A DNA stretch of 64,000 nucleotides, from the NCBI GenBank assembly GCA_965198945.1, contig CBDAQI010000012.1, positions 64,001 to 128,000 on the forward strand. Direction: 5' to 3'. A program made the translations under genes and the position numbers. A model generated the notes under the pieces. That model was not told where the DNA came from. It made no database searches and was given only the letters and a program-made list of their open reading frames with translations. Shown here piece after piece: positions 29,581-38,842 of this stretch (position 1 is the first letter of the stretch; every line of letters begins with the position of its first letter). The stretch comes from Thermodesulfobacteriota bacterium. Its GTDB lineage: Bacteria; Desulfobacterota_D; UBA1144; Nemesobacterales; Mycalebacteriaceae.

Positions 29581-30705
29581 TTATAGACCAACCTTCTCAA
29601 AAATTCTCTGGGATCTTTCCGCCATTTTTTCAATGTTGAAATTTTCCGCGTGTTTTTTTGCGGCCCCGCCCATTTTTTTTGCCGTCACTTTATCCTCAAT
29701 AAGTCTCAATATCGCCCCTGCCATTGCCTTTGGAGAATTCACCGGAACTAAAAGACCGCTTGCGCCGTCTTGAATAATTTCATCCGCTCCGAATGGGTGG
29801 TTTGTTGACACAATCGGCATTCCAAGCACGGCGGCTTCAATCAGCGAGTTTGAAAACCCCTCCTGTTCGGACGGGCAGACGAACACATCGCACTTCGCGG
29901 TAAATCTGTGCGGATTTTTTTCCCGTGACAGAAAATCTATTTTGTCAGAGATTCCGATTTCCCGCGCATGAGCCATGAGCTCTTTTTTGGATTTCCCGTC
30001 TCCCAGAACCAGAAGACGCACGGATTTTTTCTCGTTCACTATTTTCAGCGCTTCAATCAAATCTCCAACCCCTTTGTGAGGCGCAAGGCGGCAGACTGAT
30101 ATTATCAGCGGCGTTTCCGCTCCAAACCATTTGTGCTCGGCATTTTCACTTGATTTGCTCTCTATTCCTTTTGTGTCTATGCAGTTATAAGCGATTTCGG
30201 GAGTCTTTTTCAGTTTATACATATCCCGAATTTCATCGGCGAGACCTTTTGAATTCGCGGTTATCAAATCCGCATGGCTTACGGCAAGACGGTGCGCAAG
30301 AAACAGAAGCGGATTTGTTTTTTTCAAAAACATTGCTCCGTTTCCCTCACTCCAGACAGTTCTTATTCCAAAAAATTTCCCGATTATAACATTCGGGATT
30401 TTCGTCCAATGCCTTGAGTAGAGAATGTCCGGTTTTTCTTTTGACACCGAACGTGCAAGGGCGAAAATTCCCCAGATAACCGACAGGAAACGGAACTTTT
30501 TAATAAACGAAGGGTGGCATGGGCTTGCAACTTTGACTGCAGAGTGGATTTCATTGTCAATTTCTCCGCGTTCAAGCGTGAAAATTAAGCACTTTACACC
30601 TCTTCTGGAAAGACCGTTTGCGATTGCAACCGTCTGTTTTTGGGCGCCGCCGAGGCTGAGGTTGGGCAGGGAAAGAAAAACTGAAAAATTTTTTCTGTCA
30701 CTCAT
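29581..30705 (-). CDS. Glycosyltransferase family 4 (GT-B)
   Basis: GGAQK, RLAPHKG, DVFVCPSEQEGFSNSLIEAA, G.LVPVNSP..MA.AI. Confidence 0.92.
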   Translation of the reverse strand: MSDRKNFSVFLSLPNLSLGGAQKQTVAIANGLSRRGVKCLIFTLERGEIDNEIHSAVKVASPCHPSFIKKFRFLSVIWGIFALARSVSKEKPDILYSRHWTKIPNVIIGKFFGIRTVWSEGNGAMFLKKTNPLLFLAHRLAVSHADLITANSKGLADEIRDMYKLKKTPEIAYNCIDTKGIESKSSENAEHKWFGAETPLIISVCRLAPHKGVGDLIEALKIVNEKKSVRLLVLGDGKSKKELMAHAREIGISDKIDFLSREKNPHRFTAKCDVFVCPSEQEGFSNSLIEAAVLGMPIVSTNHPFGADEIIQDGASGLLVPVNSPKAMAGAILRLIEDKVTAKKMGGAAKKHAENFNIEKMAERSQRIFEKVGL

Positions 30706-30777
30706 AACTCTTACGGGTCAGAATACTTTTGCGGAAGCGTATTCTTATCAGTCTCAACGGGCAAGCGCTTTGTCCGC

Positions 30778-31986
30778 TCACTCATGTCTCAACGCTTCCA
30801 CAGGATTCATTATTGACGCTTTTCTTGCGGGATAAATTCCGAAGAAAACACCCACAAGGGCGGAAAAACCGCAAGCGACCAAAACCGCTGAAAACGATAT
30901 TTCAGCGGGCCAGCCCGTGAACAGAGAGGCGGTTTTTGAGATTGCGGCTCCAAGTATTATTCCCGCAATTCCCCCGACGAGTGAAAGCGTGAGAGATTCA
31001 ACGAGAAATTGCCTCATTATGTCTTTCCGCCTTGCTCCGACAGCCATTCTTATTCCTATCTCCTTTGTCCTTTCGCTGACCGAAACCAGCATTATATTCA
31101 TAATTCCCACACCTCCCACTATAAGAGATATTGACGCGATACTAATAAGCAGAATTTTCAAAATCTGTGTTATTTCGGCTATTCGTTCAAGATTCTGCGA
31201 GTTGTTCCTGATGGCAAAATCATCTTTGTCTTCAGTTCCTATTTTATGATTCTTTCTCAAAACAATGTTAATCTCCGCAATCGCCTCCATTATCCTGTCC
31301 GCGCTTCTGACCGCAAGAGAGATTTTTTCAATGTTTTTTTCCGAAAGCACTCTTTTTTGCAAGGTTGAATAGGGCATCAGAATTATATCGTCCTGGTCTA
31401 TTCCGTTCGGTTTTACTCCGAGTTTCTGCATAGTTCCCACAACCTCACAGGTAAGATTGTCTATTCTTATTTTTCCACCCATCGCAGATAACGTTCCAAA
31501 CAGTTTTTTCTCAACGGTTTTACCCACCACACAGACCGGACGCGAATTTTCCGTATCATCGGAACTGAAAAAAGTTCCGCTTACGGGGAACCAATCATTG
31601 ATAAAAGTAAAATCCCGCGAAACTCCGACAATTTTTGTGTCCCACTGGTTTTTACCGTAAACGACCGTTTTCTGCGTTCCGATGATTTCAGAAACAAATT
31701 CAACACTCGGCAGCCTCCTTATTGAATCCGCGTCCCGAACGGTAAGGGGTTTGCCGCCCGAAAACCTGAACGGATTCCCGCTCGGACGCACCGTGCTTAT
31801 AAGCATTGATTTCCCGCCCAGGCGCTCAAATTGCTCGCCTATCATCCTGCTCGCCCCTTGAGTTGTGGACACAAGCGACACCACAGCGGCGACTCCGATT
31901 ATCACTCCGAGAGAGGTGAGCAACGAGCGGGCTTTGTTTGACATAATTGCCCTGTAGGCGATTGTTAAAGATCTGAAAGGCGGCAT
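30778..31986 (-). CDS. MacB/FtsX-family ABC transporter permease (no ATPase adjacent)
   Basis: NKARSLLTSLGVIIGVAAV, VGGVGIMNIMLVSVSERTKEIGIRMAVGA, YPARKAS.MNPVEALRHE. Confidence 0.92.
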   Translation of the reverse strand: MPPFRSLTIAYRAIMSNKARSLLTSLGVIIGVAAVVSLVSTTQGASRMIGEQFERLGGKSMLISTVRPSGNPFRFSGGKPLTVRDADSIRRLPSVEFVSEIIGTQKTVVYGKNQWDTKIVGVSRDFTFINDWFPVSGTFFSSDDTENSRPVCVVGKTVEKKLFGTLSAMGGKIRIDNLTCEVVGTMQKLGVKPNGIDQDDIILMPYSTLQKRVLSEKNIEKISLAVRSADRIMEAIAEINIVLRKNHKIGTEDKDDFAIRNNSQNLERIAEITQILKILLISIASISLIVGGVGIMNIMLVSVSERTKEIGIRMAVGARRKDIMRQFLVESLTLSLVGGIAGIILGAAISKTASLFTGWPAEISFSAVLVACGFSALVGVFFGIYPARKASIMNPVEALRHE

Positions 31987-32049
31987 GGCTTTTGCCTGAT
32001 TATAATACAGAAAAGGGCTTTGCGTCCGCAAATTTAGAGTTCAGGCGGC

Positions 32050-32078
32050 AAAAAGCCGCACGTGAGCGGGGCGGCTTT
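32050..32078 (-). terminator. Probable intrinsic terminator after the BT1-like transporter
   Basis: AAAGCCGC...GCGGCTTT stem followed by a T-run on the minus strand, directly after the stop codon. Confidence 0.55.
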
Positions 32079-33670
32079 CAGTCAAAACTTCTGTAACGCC
32101 CCTTTTGAATTATCACTACCGCCAGCAGGCGAAGTGCGAGCCCCAGGGCGCACGCCGTTATAAGAAGCATTCCAAGCTCCGAATAGTTCGCTGCGGTTTG
32201 TATGATTTGAGTCGCTCCGTTTCTGATTTCGCGCGTTACGACAAAGATTTCATTCATATATTTTGTTCCGAGGCTGCTTGCCGACAGTGAAATGTTTGAA
32301 AATGACGCAAAGACTGCAAAAAAGGTCGCTTTGAGGTGTTCCGGGGCGTTTTTTGCTATCCATGCAAGCATTGGTATCATCGCCACCTGTCCGAACGGGG
32401 ATTCAAGAGCCGTGTTTACGATCGCTATGAACTTTGCATCCACGACTCCGTTTGTGTGTGCGGCGGTCCATTCATGAATTCCGTAAAAAAGCCCGATTCC
32501 GGGAAGCGCCATAACCGCATCAAGAATTGATAAAAACAATATGATGCCCACTATGCTGACCCTGCTCATCAGCGGCAGAGAGACCATCATTCCCACAAGC
32601 GTGAAAACGGAAACTATCAGATACAGATAAGACAGAAATTGCTCGTCAAACCCGAGTTCGTCTATTTGAAACCATCCCTCTCCCGGTCCCACTCCCGGAA
32701 CGGCACGAAAAACAAAAATGATCACCGCCGTTCCTATGAGTGTCGCTCGTGATTTGTCCGGCAGTTCGGCAATCAGTTTTCTCATAAGGAAGATGATGAT
32801 TGCCATTGAACCCGCAAAAACTATTTCCTGGGAATAGGCTATTCCCGAAAGTCCCGTTCCGATTGTGAACGCCACAAAAATCATGCTTCCGCCGAGAATC
32901 CACCAGTTGACCGAAATATTGGAATTTTCTCTTTCCCTGCTTATTCTGCCCTTCCTTTTAAGAAATTCGGCGAAAACAACTCCAATTATGGAGACAAGAG
33001 GAATTGCAAGCGCCATAAGATAGATATTGCCGTAAGTGATGACTTTCTGTTCCTCGCTCAGTTCTGAGACTCCGCTGAAAGCTATGATATTGATTATTGA
33101 AACCAGAACGGTGCCTCCGATAATCGCTACTCTGCCGAGAGTCTGCATTGTGGTATGCATGGATTTCAGGGTTTTTTCATCAAATTTTTCACCGTTTTCA
33201 TCTTTTTCGGGAACTGCCTCAACGGTCATCGCGTCTGCAACCACATCCTGAAGCATGTATCCAACCGGGCTTATAATTACGCTCAGAATAAACCAGCTTG
33301 AACCCGACATGAACTGTTTCATATAAGCGGTGTGCGCTATCAGACCGTAGACAATCAGAAGTCCCGCCGAAATCAGCGCCGCCCCTAAGAAAATCAGTAT
33401 GGATTTCCAGCGCCATATCAGGTCAACAATGTGTCCGATTGGCATTTTCAGAGCCCACGGAAGGCCCGCCCAGAAGCCCAGTCCCGCGAGGAAAGCGGCC
33501 GACAGATCAAGGTAGTCTTTGATAAAAAATGTGCCGACAATTCCGGTAATTCCCGATATTCCGGCCGCCAGATACACCATGAGCGGCGGGATGTAGCTAA
33601 GCCGCATCTGTCTGAAAAGATTTATGAGATCGGTTGCGAAGGATATGAAATTGCGGATTAGTCTATTCAT
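32078..33670 (-). CDS. Folate/biopterin transporter (BT1)-like MFS protein
   Basis: About 12 TM segments; LPWALKMPIGHIVD and QDVVADAMTVE resemble FBT/BT1 motifs; late CP/AP....AT.FA.FASF.N motif. Confidence 0.65.
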   Translation of the reverse strand: MNRLIRNFISFATDLINLFRQMRLSYIPPLMVYLAAGISGITGIVGTFFIKDYLDLSAAFLAGLGFWAGLPWALKMPIGHIVDLIWRWKSILIFLGAALISAGLLIVYGLIAHTAYMKQFMSGSSWFILSVIISPVGYMLQDVVADAMTVEAVPEKDENGEKFDEKTLKSMHTTMQTLGRVAIIGGTVLVSIINIIAFSGVSELSEEQKVITYGNIYLMALAIPLVSIIGVVFAEFLKRKGRISRERENSNISVNWWILGGSMIFVAFTIGTGLSGIAYSQEIVFAGSMAIIIFLMRKLIAELPDKSRATLIGTAVIIFVFRAVPGVGPGEGWFQIDELGFDEQFLSYLYLIVSVFTLVGMMVSLPLMSRVSIVGIILFLSILDAVMALPGIGLFYGIHEWTAAHTNGVVDAKFIAIVNTALESPFGQVAMIPMLAWIAKNAPEHLKATFFAVFASFSNISLSASSLGTKYMNEIFVVTREIRNGATQIIQTAANYSELGMLLITACALGLALRLLAVVIIQKGRYRSFD

Positions 33671-33827
33671 TTTTTAGGAAGGCGGGTTTTGAAGCCAAGA
33701 GGGTAATTTATTGGATGTTTTTTGCAAATTGGCTTGGTAGGAGGGAGTGAAAATTTTCCGTAGTTAAGTTTTTCTTCCTGAAAAGATTTCAGGTTGTGAT
33801 TTTTTGCCGACAATTACATTATGAATA

Positions 33828-33953
33828 CTGGATTCCCGTTTGCAAGGGAATGACGATGGGGAGTTTTTCCCGCAATTCCCATTTTCCCGTCATTTCCGCA
33901 AAAGCATGTCCCCGTGAAAGCTTGTCCTCATGAAAATGGGGACGGCAATTCAG
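33828..33953. repeat. dRS3/REP-like palindromic repeat pair
   Basis: CTGG-ATTCCC-N8-GGGAAT-GAC at 33828-33854. An inverted degenerate copy GTCATTTCCGC...GGCAATTCAG at 33889-33953 contains a nested imperfect 16-bp tandem duplication. Confidence 0.65.
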
Positions 33954-34056
33954 AAGGCATGGGGAGCAAAACATAGCAAGCGGGACACCAAGTCATATTT
34001 CACTCAGTTCAAACAGAAGTATGAACAGGGGGGTGAGCGGAGCCGAACCCCGAAAC

Positions 34057-34356
34057 GTTGTGAATTGAGGGCAGGTTTCAGTCAGTTACAATTCCTTGAG
34101 TTGTCCACAATTTTCAACACTAGTTGTGAATTGAGGGCAGGTTTCAGTCAGTTACAATCTGGGAGCAAAGCGAATGGGGGGCGAAACAGTTGTGAATTGA
34201 GGGCAGGTTTCAGTCAGTTACAATTCCTTGAGTTGTCCACAATTTTCAACACTAGTTGTGAATTGAGGGCAGGTTTCAGTCAGTTACAATCTGGGAGCAA
34301 AGCGAATGGGGGGCGAAACAGTTGTGAATTGAGGGCAGGTTTCAGTCAGTTACAAT
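34057..34356 (+). CRISPR. Type II-C CRISPR array: 5 identical 36-bp repeats and 4 x 30-bp spacers (only 2 distinct, order A-B-A-B)
   Basis: Repeat GTTGTGAATTGAGGGCAGGTTTCAGTCAGTTACAAT at 34057, 34123, 34189, 34255 and 34321. Orientation inferred from the GTTG...TACAAT pattern and tracrRNA complementarity. Confidence 0.97.
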
Positions 34357-34406
34357 AGCTATCCCTCAAATGCAATGGTGGCAAGGGGTTATGGCTCTCC
34401 GGCAAA

Positions 34407-34736
34407 TCAAAAAAGAGTGATTTGCTGGGGAGTTGTCTCCGCCTTCTTCCGTTTCTTCCCATAAAACACCTGCATTCGTCCGAACTGTTTGTCCGTAATA
34501 ATAATCACCCGCACTTCTCCTTGCGGAGGCAGCCACTCTCTCACTCTTCCCGAATGAACAAATGCATTTTCTTCACTTGCGCAATGTCTGGCATATACGG
34601 AGAACTGCATCATTATAAATCCGTCCCGCATAATATGCTTTCTAAATCTTGCGTAGTCTTTCCGTGCCTTCTTCGTGTCTGTTGGAAGGTCAAACATCAC
34701 TATTACCCACATAGTTCTGTATCCTCCGAAAGCCAT
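34407..34736 (-). CDS. cas2: CRISPR-associated endonuclease Cas2
   Basis: YRTMWVIVMFDLPT, F.MMQFSVYAR, VR...ITDKQF (type II-C style). Confidence 0.96.
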   Translation of the reverse strand: MAFGGYRTMWVIVMFDLPTDTKKARKDYARFRKHIMRDGFIMMQFSVYARHCASEENAFVHSGRVREWLPPQGEVRVIIITDKQFGRMQVFYGKKRKKAETTPQQITLF

Positions 34737-34738
34737 TT

Positions 34739-35647
34739 CTAAACCTCAATTCTCATTTGTCTGTTTTCAATCAGTTCCGGTATTTTCAAACACTCAACCC
34801 CTTCTGAAAAAGCTTTCTTAAGGCTCGCCGCCATATGCTGGTTTGCCACCATCATCGGCAGTTTCTTTCCTTCAAACAGAACATCTTCTGAAAGAAGAGA
34901 CAGCAATGACATTTTTGTTGTAGTATCAATCTCATTTCTCCCATGCTCGTTCAGTTCATAAACACGTCTGTCAACAAGAGGACGCAACGGTTCAATAAGG
35001 TCGTCCGCAAGGCACATCGGGTTATATTGGTTGTGGTGATGAATCCCGAGCGCCGGATGAAGCCCCGTTCCGCACAAAGCACGGGCGACGGATGCTCTGA
35101 CGATGCTGTATCCGTAGTTGAGTAGAGAGTTGATTCCTTCTTCTTTGTAATTTCTGGAAAACTGTTTTCCAAACAGTTTTGACCAGTATACCCTCGCCGC
35201 CTGCGCCTCAATATTTCTCGTGTCACCGCTTAAGACTCTTTTTTTGAATCCGGGAAGAGGGGAGGGGTCTTTTTTGAAAAAAAGCAGTGTCCGAATCTGT
35301 GCTTCTGTTTTGGCAATTATGACTTTCTGCCAGAGTCGTTTTTTTAGAGGTTTTTTGACGCCCGTCTGTAAATTGAGGACTTTGCTGTGGGTTGAATTGC
35401 CGGAAAGGGGTAGCAAAACGGAAACCGGAAGATGGCTCCGGTCACAAAAAACTATTATGCAGTTGTTTTTCTGACATTCGGCTATGAGGCTCTGAGAGAT
35501 TGAAATTGCGGGATTGGCAAGTATGAGAATTCCCATGTCTTCTACGGGAATACTGCTTTCTTTTTCACCGTCTTTTTTGATAATCATCTGATAATCTTTC
35601 AGATGAAGATATGCAGGGTTGCTGACTTCAGTGATTCGCTTGATCAT
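34739..35647 (-). CDS. cas1: CRISPR-associated endonuclease Cas1 (type II)
   Basis: IPVEDMG, GD..N.EAQAARVYW, NSLLNYGY, GIHH.NQYN..CLADDLIEP.RP. Confidence 0.96.
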   Translation of the reverse strand: MIKRITEVSNPAYLHLKDYQMIIKKDGEKESSIPVEDMGILILANPAISISQSLIAECQKNNCIIVFCDRSHLPVSVLLPLSGNSTHSKVLNLQTGVKKPLKKRLWQKVIIAKTEAQIRTLLFFKKDPSPLPGFKKRVLSGDTRNIEAQAARVYWSKLFGKQFSRNYKEEGINSLLNYGYSIVRASVARALCGTGLHPALGIHHHNQYNPMCLADDLIEPLRPLVDRRVYELNEHGRNEIDTTTKMSLLSLLSEDVLFEGKKLPMMVANQHMAASLKKAFSEGVECLKIPELIENRQMRIEV

Positions 35648-35653
35648 TATGGA

Positions 35654-38600
35654 CTAAATTGTGTTTGTAAGGCTAAAACCTAAAGAGTTAATGGACTCTT
35701 TTTGCAATTTGTATTTAGTCATTAGGATGGAAATTGTCCTGCTTAGTTTTTCTTCATTATTATCGAGCGTGGCGGCGGAGTGAAGTCTTAGCCATAGTAT
35801 TTCTCCTTCTCTTTGGAATTTTTGCACTCTGTAAAATCTTCTTTCTCCTTTTTCTTCTACACTTACCGTATCATTTATGCACAAGCTCATAATAAATTTC
35901 CAGTCTTCTCCATGGTCAGTTTTAACAATCGGTTCTCTTGTAATTCTTACTTTTTTTTGCGGCTTCCATTGTGGTTACAAAAACACCTTTGGATCTGTTT
36001 GTTTTTTTATTCTTGATTATTTCTACATGGTGGCTGTTTCCATAAATCATTACACTTAATATTTTGTTACTGTTTTTCTTGGGTTTAAGCCAGTAATTTT
36101 TTTCACTAAACTCATTAGTTACCCAAACTTTTGCCCGTCTGACAATATCTCCGGTTTTTGGATGCTTAAAAGCTTCTTCTTGCAGTTTTTTTTGAGCGCT
36201 TTTTAAGCCTCCTCTCATATTTACATATTGTTCAAATCCTTCTCTGATTGCCGGACATACTATATTTCTCAAATTTTTGTCCGTCATACCAGTCAGATTT
36301 TTGCTAACGACGATTCTCTTTTTACCATTGTCTTCTTTTATTCCATATGCGGTATCTTCATGGAATGCTCCCGTCAGTTTTCTATTTGTCGCGTGAGAGA
36401 CAATCATTTTATTTGTCGCGCTTTCCAACTCATTCCTAAGGTTTTCAAGCACCTGCGGTATTTCCAATCCCGATTCTGGAGATATGGAATCATCATCCGC
36501 TTTTGAAGCGAGATGTACCACCTTTTGATATAGGCTTCTGTTTGTAAGGGCAATGACCGTTGCGTCAATCGCGTGATGCCTATGGTCGTTACGGTTTTTC
36601 TCTCCCGTATCTCCAAGGATGTTGTTCAGTCCCCATTGTCTTCGGAGCCAGCTTGTTATTCCGCCTTTGGTGAAAGTTACATCACAGCCGAGTGTTCTAA
36701 TGTAATTTCCCGTTTCTTTTGCGATATAGCGGGCGTCTGATAACTGGCTGTTGATGAAATCTTCAATTCCATCCAACTTTTTTGTCAGAATTTTTCTGCG
36801 TTTTGCTTCGGGATAATTCTTGAGTTTTGCTATGGCTTCAATATTTTCCCATTGCTCTGTATTACCAAATGCTTCCCATGGTGTTCTGTTGCCTTTCTTC
36901 CTATTTTCCTCCGCAAGACAGACCGTCTTGTTCATATAGTAATTATCAAGACTCCTGCTGTATGGGAGTATGTGGTCTATTTCAACATCAGCAGACCAGA
37001 GTTGTGTCAGTCCTATAGGTTTCCCACTGTATAAACATTTACCTTCATTTTCTTTCCAGAGTCTGTATTTCTGTTTGTCCTGATGGCTTATGTATGTTTT
37101 CAACTGCAGGCCGGGTTCCTGCTCTTTTATGCTGTTGTATTTTTCTTCCGCTTCTTCATTTTCTTCTGTGTTTTTCTTTTGTCTTTCCAGTGCTTTTCTG
37201 TATTTCTCCGTATTCATTTCCAAATCACGAGACATTTCTATTCGTATCGCGGTTGGTTTTCCATATTCTTTGATAATTGCATTTACGACACGGCGAACTT
37301 CATATAACGCCTTTGTAACAATGGGGTTTGGTATAAAGGGAATTTCTCCAAGAGTTTCTTTGTTTCCGGTTTCCGGCGTTGTAATATCTTCGTAACCGGC
37401 AATTTGAACCGCTCCTTTTTCTTCTTCTATGTCACTTTCTCGGCTGTAAACCCTGCCTTGCTTAAGGTGAGGCAGAATTTTGTTTATTGCTTTCAGGGAC
37501 AGATTTCCGTGTCCCTTTTCCAATTCAAGAACCGCAAGTTTTGTTGCTTTTTCCGAGTCAATATCCGGGTAGTTTTGAAGACGTTTTTTCAGTCCCTTTT
37601 TGGATTCGTATGAAATCAGATCTTCCACAAGCTGTTTTTGTTTTTTCTCATCAAAGGAGTCCCACAAGTCTCCAATTATTTCTCTGATTCCACAGGCGGT
37701 TTTGTTTCCCTGAATGCCTTTTCTGCTTTTTCCTTCAACTTTGTACAAATTGAACTTTGTTTTCTTATTCAGGTTGAGGATTTCTTTTCCTCTGATCTTT
37801 GCCCATGTCAGATTTCTGTTTTTTTTCAAGTGCTTCGGCAATCAGTTTTTTCTGATCTGGCGAGGGTTTTGCATCTTTTTCTCCCGTTTCAGTGTCATCC
37901 CAACTTAAATTGTTTATGTCCTGCCAGTAACGGAATTGCTGAAACTCAAGTCGTCCCATATCTACTCTTCTCTTTTTTGGTTCAAGAGAGCAGTTTCCTA
38001 TGGTTTTCTTGTCCCAGGTTACGGGACGTTGGTGAAAGATAATTTTCTCAATTGCGCTTCTTACATCTTCAGTGTAAATCTTCGGGTTTAGTTCGGACTG
38101 TTTACGGAAGATTTTTTCAAACTCTTCCTGATACATTCTGCGGTCTGTTCTGAGGTCATGAAGTTCTCCTCTGTTGCGTTTTCGGGGCAGGGTTGCAAGA
38201 TACTCACCGAGAGTCCTTTTCCCATTTTCGCTTATCTTCTCTCGGAGCTTTTTAATATCTTCTTTGAATTTGCCTTCATCTTTGTCGGTTTCCGCGGCTT
38301 CGTCTTCAATTTCAAGGATTTCCCGCGCTTCCAAATCTTCACGCAAGTTTCCAAATCCCGTTTTGCGGTTGCTTAAAAATCCCCGTCGTGTTCCCAGATG
38401 CATTATTGCGCGTCCAAACTCATGTGGGGTCAAAATATCATCTAATCCTTTCGCTCTTATCTGATATGGATCTCCAAGCTTATTAAATTCCGATTCCAGG
38501 TTTGGCTCGTCTTTGAGCGTCTCCGGCAGAAATCCCCTGCTTATAAGGTAGTTGCGAAGACGCAATTTACGTCTGTGCCGCCGTTCAATGACACGCCTTA

Positions 38601-38793
38601 AAAGACGTTTTGCTCTGCGGTGTTGGTTTTTCGGAGTGGGTGTTTTGTCTTCAACGGAGCGTATGAATATACGGCTTCCACAATCAATAAAATTTTTCGG
38701 TTTGCCTTGTTCTTCCTCAATGACGCTCCAGCCGATTGAGTTTGTGCCCATATCAAGACCAATTGCATATTCAGATAGTTTTGTCTTTTTCAT
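35654..38793 (-). CDS. cas9: Type II-C Cas9, ~1045 aa after removing one extra A in each of two A8 runs; split into 3 ORFs in this assembly
   Basis: RuvC-I GLDMGTNSIGW, Arg-rich bridge helix, RRGFLSNRK, RuvC-II IRIEMSRD, HNH EIDHILPYSRSLDN...N...N..KGNRTP, RuvC-III DHRHHAIDA. Frameshifts at T8 runs 37819-37826 and 35951-35958. No csn2 or cas4, hence II-C. Confidence 0.95.
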
Positions 38794-38842
38794 TTTCTCA
38801 TCCCTTGACAGAATTTTTTCTGTAGTATAGTAATATTAGTAT

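Noticed and set aside
33962..33970. GGGAGCAAA shared with the start of spacer B just upstream of the array
   Set aside because: Only 9 nt and at the PAM-distal end of the spacer; insufficient for a regulatory-targeting claim.
33930..34358. 142-aa ORF with repeated CELRAGFSQLQ
   Set aside because: It is the translation of the CRISPR array (66-bp unit divisible by 3), not a gene.
35654..38793. Naturally split three-part Cas9
   Set aside because: Breaks fall at A8 runs, the fragments lack convincing RBS/starts, and single-base fixes restore one ORF.
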